Shown: piece by piece, positions 26,159 through 32,000 of the stretch
Numbering within the stretch: the first letter of the stretch is position 1
Layout: every line of letters starts with the position of its first letter
Assembly: GCF_000039765.1 (NCBI RefSeq)
Contig: NC_004459.3
Span: forward strand, 1,590,001 to 1,622,000
Source: Vibrio vulnificus CMCP6
GTDB lineage: Bacteria; Pseudomonadota; Gammaproteobacteria; Enterobacterales; Vibrionaceae
DNA length: 32,000 nucleotides
Direction: 5' to 3'
Program-made: the position numbers and the translations under genes
Notes under the pieces: model-generated
Database searches by the model: none
What the model was told of the DNA's origin: nothing
What the model saw: the letters and a program-made list of their open reading frames with translations, nothing else

Positions 26159-28621
26159 TTGTCACAATTGCCTATCCACGCCGTGATGCCACAACTGCTT
26201 CAAGCGGTCTCGCAACATTCACAAGTCATACTCAAAGCCGCACCTGGTGCGGGTAAATCCACTTATTTCCCTTTGCAGTTGCTGCTGAGTAATGAATTCA
26301 GCGGAAAAATCGTGATGCTTGAGCCACGACGCTTGGCGGCGCGCAATATTGCTCGCTATTTGGCGCAGCAACTTGGCGAAAAAGTTGGTGAGAGAGTGGG
26401 GTATCGCGTTCGTGGCGAAAGCAAGGTTAGCCACATGACCCAGCTGGAAATCGTTACCGAAGGGATCATGACGCGCATGATCCAAAGCGATCCAGAGCTG
26501 AATGGGGTTGATGTACTGATCTTTGATGAATTTCACGAGCGTAGTTTGCATGCCGATATTGCTTTGGCGCTTGCTCTTGAAGTGCAAGAAGCGCTGCGTG
26601 ACGATCTGAAATTGGTGGTGATGTCGGCCACACTTGAGCAGCATGCTTTGCAATCTCTCATGCCTCATGCCAGTTTTATTGAATCTCAAGGTCGCAGTTA
26701 TTTGGTTGAGCAGCGCTATCAGCCGCTAAAAACGAACGACTTTTTACCCAATGTGATGGCGAAAACCATCGAGCATCTACTGGCAACGGAATCGGGCTCT
26801 TTGTTGGCGTTTCTACCAGGAGTGGCTGCGATAAAACAAGTGGCTGAGCGTTTAGAGCATCTCAGTGAGCAAGTGGTGATCTGCCCGTTGTACGGTCAGC
26901 TCTCTTTTGCTGAGCAGCAAAAGGCGATTGAGCCCGCCAAAGCCGGTGAGCGAAAGGTGGTGCTGGCGACCAACATTGCCGAAACATCGTTAACTATCGA
27001 AGGGATCCGCTTGGTCGTCGATAGCGGTTTAGAGCGGGTGGCAAAGTTTGATTTGAAAACGGAGATCACCAAGTTAGAGCAAGTGCGTATCGCGCAATCG
27101 TCAGCCATTCAGCGCGCGGGGCGTGCGGGCCGAGTGGAAGAGGGGATTTGTGTGCGCTTGTACTCTGAAAGCCAGTACCAGCAAATGGCGAGTGTGCCCC
27201 TTCCAGAGATCATGCAAGCTGATCTTGCTCCGCTGATGATGGAGCTGGCGCAATGGGGAGTCAGTGAGCCAGAACAAGTGAAGTTATTGGATATCCCCTC
27301 TTCGGCAGCGGTACGTCAGGCCAAACAACTGTTGCGGCAATTGGGATTAATCTCTGGGCACCAATTGACGAGTGAAGGACAGCTGGCGCAGCGGCTTGGT
27401 GTTGAGCCGCGTATTGCCGCCATGTTGATCGGTGCTCAGCAACGCGACGAGACGCTTTTCGCTTCAGCCTTGGCAGTGGCGGTGATGTTGGAAGAGCCTG
27501 AGCGTAACATCAGCAACGTTTGTCACAGCTTACACCGCTGGCAGCAAAGCAAGCACGGTAAGACGACGCTACTCACTCAGCGTGCCAATGCACTGGCGAA
27601 TAAACTCAATGGCACTTTCTCTTTAAAACGGGTGACCGAATCGGCTTGTGCCATTGCCGCTAGCTTGGCATTTCCCGATCGCATTGCTCAAAAACGAGGC
27701 CAACAGTTTGGCCGATATTTGATGGCAAATGGTCACGGAGCCGAGCTGCGTGAGGATGACCCTTTGGGGGGAGAAGAGTACCTTGTGGTGCTCGATCTGA
27801 TGCGTGGCCAAAAAAATGCCAGCCAGATCCAATTGGCTATCCCGCTAGACCTATCGGCTTTGCAACAAAGCAATCCAAGTTGTCTTGTGAACCACGAGCA
27901 CATTGATTGGGATGAAACCAAAGGGCGTTTACTGGCGGAAAAGCAGCGAAGAATCGGTGAACTGGTGGTGAGCAGAGAAACACTTGCTCAACCCGGAAAA
28001 GAAAAAATGACGCAAGCTTTACTCTCCTATGTCCGAAGAAAGGGGCTTGCGGTATTAGACTGGAGCGAAAAGTCCCAATCGCTACTCGAGCGTATTCGTT
28101 GTGCCATTGAGTGGTTGCCGGAACAGGCCTGGCCAGCGATGGATGATGCTAGCTTGCTCAGCGAGTTAGAGCAATGGTTGGAGCCGTATATGGCGCACGT
28201 CACAACGGTGAAAGACCTGGCTAAAATCAACCTCTGCGAAGCATTGAATGCTCGCCTTGGCTGGCCGTTGAATCAGCAATTGGATGAGTGGTTGCCTAAG
28301 TACTACACCTTACCAACTGGTACCCAACAAATGATTCGCTATCAACAAGGTGCTAACCCCGTACTTTCGGCACGCATGCAAGAGATGTTCGGTGAGCAAA
28401 GTTCGCCAACGGTGGCGCAAGGACGAGTAAAGCTCACCTTAGAGCTGCTTTCTCCTGCGCGTCGTCCTTTGCAAGTGACTCAAGACCTGGCCGGTTTTTG
28501 GGCTGGCGCTTACAAAGAAGTGCAAAAAGAGATGAAAGGTCGTTACCCTAAGCATGTTTGGCCTGACGATCCTGCCACTCACCAAGCAACCAATAAAACC
28601 AAAAGACAGTTACACTCATGA
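26159..28621 (+). CDS. hrpB: ATP-dependent RNA helicase HrpB (DEAH box)
   Basis: Walker A APGAGKST, DEFHER, SAT and the QRAGRAGR motifs, plus the HrpB C-terminal domain. I prefer the TTG start at 26159 for three reasons. (M)SQLPIHAVMPQLL aligns with the E. coli MSSLPVAAVLPELL. There is a TAAGGA RBS 7 nt upstream. The track ATG at 26126 has no RBS and sits inside a TACAAT -10-like hexamer. Confidence 0.9.
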   Translation: MSQLPIHAVMPQLLQAVSQHSQVILKAAPGAGKSTYFPLQLLLSNEFSGKIVMLEPRRLAARNIARYLAQQLGEKVGERVGYRVRGESKVSHMTQLEIVTEGIMTRMIQSDPELNGVDVLIFDEFHERSLHADIALALALEVQEALRDDLKLVVMSATLEQHALQSLMPHASFIESQGRSYLVEQRYQPLKTNDFLPNVMAKTIEHLLATESGSLLAFLPGVAAIKQVAERLEHLSEQVVICPLYGQLSFAEQQKAIEPAKAGERKVVLATNIAETSLTIEGIRLVVDSGLERVAKFDLKTEITKLEQVRIAQSSAIQRAGRAGRVEEGICVRLYSESQYQQMASVPLPEIMQADLAPLMMELAQWGVSEPEQVKLLDIPSSAAVRQAKQLLRQLGLISGHQLTSEGQLAQRLGVEPRIAAMLIGAQQRDETLFASALAVAVMLEEPERNISNVCHSLHRWQQSKHGKTTLLTQRANALANKLNGTFSLKRVTESACAIAASLAFPDRIAQKRGQQFGRYLMANGHGAELREDDPLGGEEYLVVLDLMRGQKNASQIQLAIPLDLSALQQSNPSCLVNHEHIDWDETKGRLLAEKQRRIGELVVSRETLAQPGKEKMTQALLSYVRRKGLAVLDWSEKSQSLLERIRCAIEWLPEQAWPAMDDASLLSELEQWLEPYMAHVTTVKDLAKINLCEALNARLGWPLNQQLDEWLPKYYTLPTGTQQMIRYQQGANPVLSARMQEMFGEQSSPTVAQGRVKLTLELLSPARRPLQVTQDLAGFWAGAYKEVQKEMKGRYPKHVWPDDPATHQATNKTKRQLHS

Positions 28622-30987
28622 CCCAAGAAAAAAAGTCGAACGACAGTAAGAAAACGACCACAAGAAAGCGCACCGCAAATCGTACTCCGAGAAAAACGAC
28701 CAAAAAACGCAGCGCAGTGAAAACAGCAAAACGTCAATGGTTGAAGACGCTTTGGTCTTTGAGTTGGAAAGCGGGGCTCGCGCTGGTGGCAGTGCTGATT
28801 TTTGTCGGTATTTATCTCGATAGCGTGGTCAAACAACGTTTTGAAGGTCAGCTATTTCAACTGCCGACGGTGGTGTATGCGCGTATTCAAACCTTGTATG
28901 CGGGAGAAAATGTTTCTCGCCCGGAGCTGCAAAAAGAGCTCGATATCCTCAACTATCGTAAGGTGAGCCAGCCGAGATATCCCGGTGAGTATTCCTCTTC
29001 GTCGAGTAAGATTGAGCTTATTCGTCGCCCTTTTGAATTTGTCGATGGGCCAGAGGCTGATCGCCATGTGATGTTGCATTTTGACGCCTCAAGCTTAACT
29101 CGAATTCAATCGTTGGAATCCAAAGGGGATCTCGGTTATTTGCGCCTTGAGCCGAAGATGCTGGGCATGCTGGAAAAAGATACTGACGAGCAGCGCTTGT
29201 TTTTACGCCGTGAGCAATTTCCCGAGATCATGGTTGATGCTCTGTTAGTCACGGAAGATCGCGATTTCTATCAACATGATGGGGTATCGCCATTAGCGAT
29301 TGCACGCGCGATGTTTGTTAATCTCAAAGCAGGCAGAACCGTGCAAGGGGGCAGCACCTTAACTCAGCAGTTGGCAAAAAACTTATTCCTTACCCAAGAC
29401 CGCACCTTGTGGCGAAAAGTCAGAGAAGCGTATATCGCGCTGAGCTTGGACTATCGCTACAGCAAAGATCGCATTCTTGAAGCCTACCTTAACGAAGTTT
29501 ATTTGGGGCAGAGCGGCAAGCAAGCAATCCATGGTTTTGGTTTGGCTTCTCGTTATTACTTTGGTCAACCGATCCAAGAGTTGCGTATTGATCAGTTGGC
29601 GATGCTGGTGGGGATGGTGAAAGGCCCGTCTTACTACAATCCAGTGCGCTTTCCTGAGCGCACCAAAGAGCGTCGTGACTTGGTGTTGCGTTTGATGATG
29701 CAGCAAAACATGCTCACCGCATCGGAGTACGATCAAGCCGCCAGTCGTCCTCTTGATATTCAAGATGTCCCACGTATTGCCAGCCGTCAGCCCGCTTATT
29801 TTCAGCAGTTGTCGATGGAGTTAAGGGCGAAAGTGGGCGAGGCTTTCCAAGGCGAAACGGGATTGCGCGTGTTTACTTCGCTTGATCCTATTTCACAAGA
29901 CAAATTGGAAAAAGCGATCAGCAAAAAAGTCCCTGAGTTGGGGAAAGTGGCAGGGAATGAGCTCGAAGCGGCGGCCGTTGCCGTGGATCGTACCAGTGGT
30001 GAAATTCGTGCCATGGTGGGGGGTAAACGCACGGGATACGATGGTTTTAACCGAGCGATCAACGCCAGCCGTCCGATAGGTTCTTTGGTGAAGCCAGCCG
30101 TGTATTTGACGGCGCTAGAACAGCCTGAAAAATACACCTTAGCCACCACGTTGCAAGATACGCCATTAAGTTTGAAAGGCAGTAAAGGCTCGGTATGGGA
30201 GCCTCGCAATTTTGATCGACAGTTCCGCGGCGATGTGCCTCTTTATCAGGCGCTGGCGAAATCACTCAATGTGCCCACGGTTCGCCTTGGCATGCAATTG
30301 GGGATTGATCAGGTATCCGATACGTTGGCGAGATTAGGGGTAAATCGCAACGAAATTCGCCCAGTCCCTTCGATGTTCCTTGGTGCATTCTCTCTCACAC
30401 CGTTGGAAGTGGCGCAGATGTACCAAACCTTGACCAATTCAGGACGAAAAGCGCCGCTCACTGCACTTCGTTCGGTGGTGGATTTGGAAGGACACGTTCT
30501 GTATCAGTCGTTGCCCAAATCCTCTCCTGCCGTGAATGAACAGGCAGCATGGCTAACCACGTATGCGATGAAACAAGGGGTAGCACAAGGCACAGGCCGT
30601 TATCTGCAAAACCAATTTGCGTGGGCTGCGCTCGCGGGCAAAACCGGCACCAGTAATGATAGCCGAGACAGTTGGTTTGTTGGGGTGGATGGCCGAGAAG
30701 TCACCACTATTTGGCTAGGTCGAGATGATAACCAGCCGACCAAGCTGACAGGCGCAAGTGGTGCGTTGCGAGTGTACGCTGAATACCTAAAACAGCGGAC
30801 GCCAGAGAAGCTGATTTTGCCTTGGCCAAAAGAGATCACCACCTTGGGGTATCAGCAAAAAAGCGACGGTGAACTCTCGCTCGACTGCTCTAGTCAATTC
30901 ACTCTGCCAGTGTGGGATAAACAAGGTGAATTAAAAGCACAGTGTGAAAAATCCTCTAACTGGTTGAATAAATTGCTCAGTTGGTAA
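28618..30987 (+). CDS. mrcB: bifunctional penicillin-binding protein 1B (glycosyltransferase/transpeptidase)
   Basis: 789 aa with a basic cytoplasmic tail and one TM segment. GT51 motifs EDRDFYQHDG and GGSTLTQQ. Transpeptidase motifs SLVK (SxxK), SLN and KTGT. The start overlaps the hrpB stop (ATGA). Confidence 0.96.
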   Translation: MTQEKKSNDSKKTTTRKRTANRTPRKTTKKRSAVKTAKRQWLKTLWSLSWKAGLALVAVLIFVGIYLDSVVKQRFEGQLFQLPTVVYARIQTLYAGENVSRPELQKELDILNYRKVSQPRYPGEYSSSSSKIELIRRPFEFVDGPEADRHVMLHFDASSLTRIQSLESKGDLGYLRLEPKMLGMLEKDTDEQRLFLRREQFPEIMVDALLVTEDRDFYQHDGVSPLAIARAMFVNLKAGRTVQGGSTLTQQLAKNLFLTQDRTLWRKVREAYIALSLDYRYSKDRILEAYLNEVYLGQSGKQAIHGFGLASRYYFGQPIQELRIDQLAMLVGMVKGPSYYNPVRFPERTKERRDLVLRLMMQQNMLTASEYDQAASRPLDIQDVPRIASRQPAYFQQLSMELRAKVGEAFQGETGLRVFTSLDPISQDKLEKAISKKVPELGKVAGNELEAAAVAVDRTSGEIRAMVGGKRTGYDGFNRAINASRPIGSLVKPAVYLTALEQPEKYTLATTLQDTPLSLKGSKGSVWEPRNFDRQFRGDVPLYQALAKSLNVPTVRLGMQLGIDQVSDTLARLGVNRNEIRPVPSMFLGAFSLTPLEVAQMYQTLTNSGRKAPLTALRSVVDLEGHVLYQSLPKSSPAVNEQAAWLTTYAMKQGVAQGTGRYLQNQFAWAALAGKTGTSNDSRDSWFVGVDGREVTTIWLGRDDNQPTKLTGASGALRVYAEYLKQRTPEKLILPWPKEITTLGYQQKSDGELSLDCSSQFTLPVWDKQGELKAQCEKSSNWLNKLLSW

Positions 30988-31054
30988 TTGTCCCCGTACC
31001 CAATTCGGTGTAAAACTGTTCAGGTTTCGTAAAACAATAAAGGAGAGCAATACC

Positions 31055-32000
31055 GTGTTCAAGGTCGACAAAGGATGGACAAATGGTTTGGCACTTTGGT
31101 CAACCTTGGCGTTTTTGGTATTGCTAACCCCTTTCTACAGTATAAAAAAAGCCGCTGCACAAGAGGCCGCTGTGGCAAAAGACGATGACAGGCCGAAAGT
31201 GGCGGTGGTTTTAGCGGGCGGTGGCGCTAAAGGCGCGGCGCACATTGGTGTGTTGAAAGCGTTGGAAGAGATGCAGATTCCGGTGGATTACATCACGGGC
31301 ACTAGTATGGGCGCGTATGTTGGCGGCTTATACGCTACTGGTATGAGTGCAGATGAGATTGAAAGCTTTATCTACAGCATCGATTGGAACAGTGGTTATC
31401 GTGATCGCGTCGATCGTAGCCAGCGTCGTGTGCGAGATAAAGAGGCGGAAGACCGCTATCAGCTAAGAACCGACATCGGCTTGCGTTTTGGTGAAGTGCA
31501 CGCACCACGTGGTTTTGTGCAAGGACAAAACATGTTACGCATTTTGCGTGAAACCACCGGTAACCTGAACGAATTTGACTCGTTTGATGATCTGGCGATC
31601 CCATATCGTTCTGTTGCGACGGACATCGTCGAGTTACAAGAAGTGGTGATTGATAAAGGCCAACTGGTGGATGCCATGATGGCCAGTATGTCCGTGCCTG
31701 GTGCGTTGCCCCCTTACGAGCTCAATGGGCGCATGTTGGTTGATGGCGGCGTTGTCAACAACATGCCGGTGGATATTGCCAGAGCCATGGGGGCGGATAT
31801 CGTTATTGCTGTCGACATCAGTACCGATTACAAGCAGAAAGAAGACTTTACCAGCATGCTGGTGGTCGCAGATCAGCTGTCTAACTATCTTGTGCGCCGC
31901 AGCACCCAACAACAAGCGGAAAGCTTAGGTGGGCAGGATGTGTACCTGAGACCTGATGTTGGTCAAATGGAAACCACCGAGTTTGTCAAGATGCCAGATG
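31055..32000 (+). CDS. patatin-like phospholipase with N-terminal signal/anchor, 5' 315 codons (continues past right edge)
   Basis: Absent from the ORF track (GTG start, no stop in window). My own translation reads VFKVDKGWTNGLALWSTLAFLVLLTPFYSIKKAAAQEAA...VAVVLAGGGAKGAAHIGVLKALEE..ITGTSMGAYVGG...LVDGGVVNNMPV. It has the oxyanion GGGxxG, nucleophile GxSxG and catalytic DGG motifs. AAGGAG RBS 7-8 nt before the GTG. There is no in-frame ATG upstream of the catalytic motifs. Confidence 0.85.
   Translation, partial: MFKVDKGWTNGLALWSTLAFLVLLTPFYSIKKAAAQEAAVAKDDDRPKVAVVLAGGGAKGAAHIGVLKALEEMQIPVDYITGTSMGAYVGGLYATGMSADEIESFIYSIDWNSGYRDRVDRSQRRVRDKEAEDRYQLRTDIGLRFGEVHAPRGFVQGQNMLRILRETTGNLNEFDSFDDLAIPYRSVATDIVELQEVVIDKGQLVDAMMASMSVPGALPPYELNGRMLVDGGVVNNMPVDIARAMGADIVIAVDISTDYKQKEDFTSMLVVADQLSNYLVRRSTQQQAESLGGQDVYLRPDVGQMETTEFVKMPD

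Noticed and set aside
26219-26689. 156-aa minus-strand ORF inside hrpB
   Set aside because: It is antisense to the helicase core (Walker A to DEFH region), whose homology is unambiguous. It has no family resemblance.

Overview
This is a core chromosomal segment of a Vibrio, most likely V. cholerae or a very close relative. That call rests on a HapR-type LuxR-family quorum-sensing regulator, a PilA-PilB-PilC-PilD (VcpD) type IVa pilus operon, and mid-40s % GC by eye. I call 25 complete and 2 edge-truncated protein genes, tightly packed, and all belong to well-known families. On the minus strand: coaE (partial), pilD, pilC, pilB, pilA and nadC. On the plus strand: ampD, then pdhR-aceE-aceF-lpdA. 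Then hapR (minus), hpt (plus), can (minus), a SulP/STAS anion transporter and a yadG/yadH-like ABC-2 pair (plus). Then panC-panB-folK-pcnB-gluQ-dksA-sfsA (minus) and hrpB-mrcB (plus). The last gene is a GTG-initiated patatin-like phospholipase that runs off the right edge and is absent from the ORF track. Most convergent or operon-end gaps carry clear rho-independent terminators. I see no rRNA, tRNA, CRISPR array, transposase, integrase, phage gene or defence-type gene. Every unassigned ORF of 100 aa or more is an antisense shadow of a confidently assigned gene. I therefore cannot support a novel multi-gene system here. The window is a compacted version of the ancient coaE...mrcB backbone also seen in E. 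coli, with lineage-specific insertions hapR, SulP and the patatin gene. The items most worth a second look are listed here. (1) A terminator-like hairpin separates pilABC from pilD-coaE. (2) The pilA allele is AT-rich and divergent. (3) The hapR control region has a sigma70 promoter, a HapR auto-operator and a palindromic 5' UTR. (4) The lpdA|hapR convergent junction carries three stacked hairpins. (5) The divergent carbonic anhydrase/SulP pair is a candidate bicarbonate module. (6) pdhR has dual PdhR operators. (7) The signal-anchored patatin gene may be PlpD-like. All regulatory-site calls come from reading the sequence by eye and are unverified.
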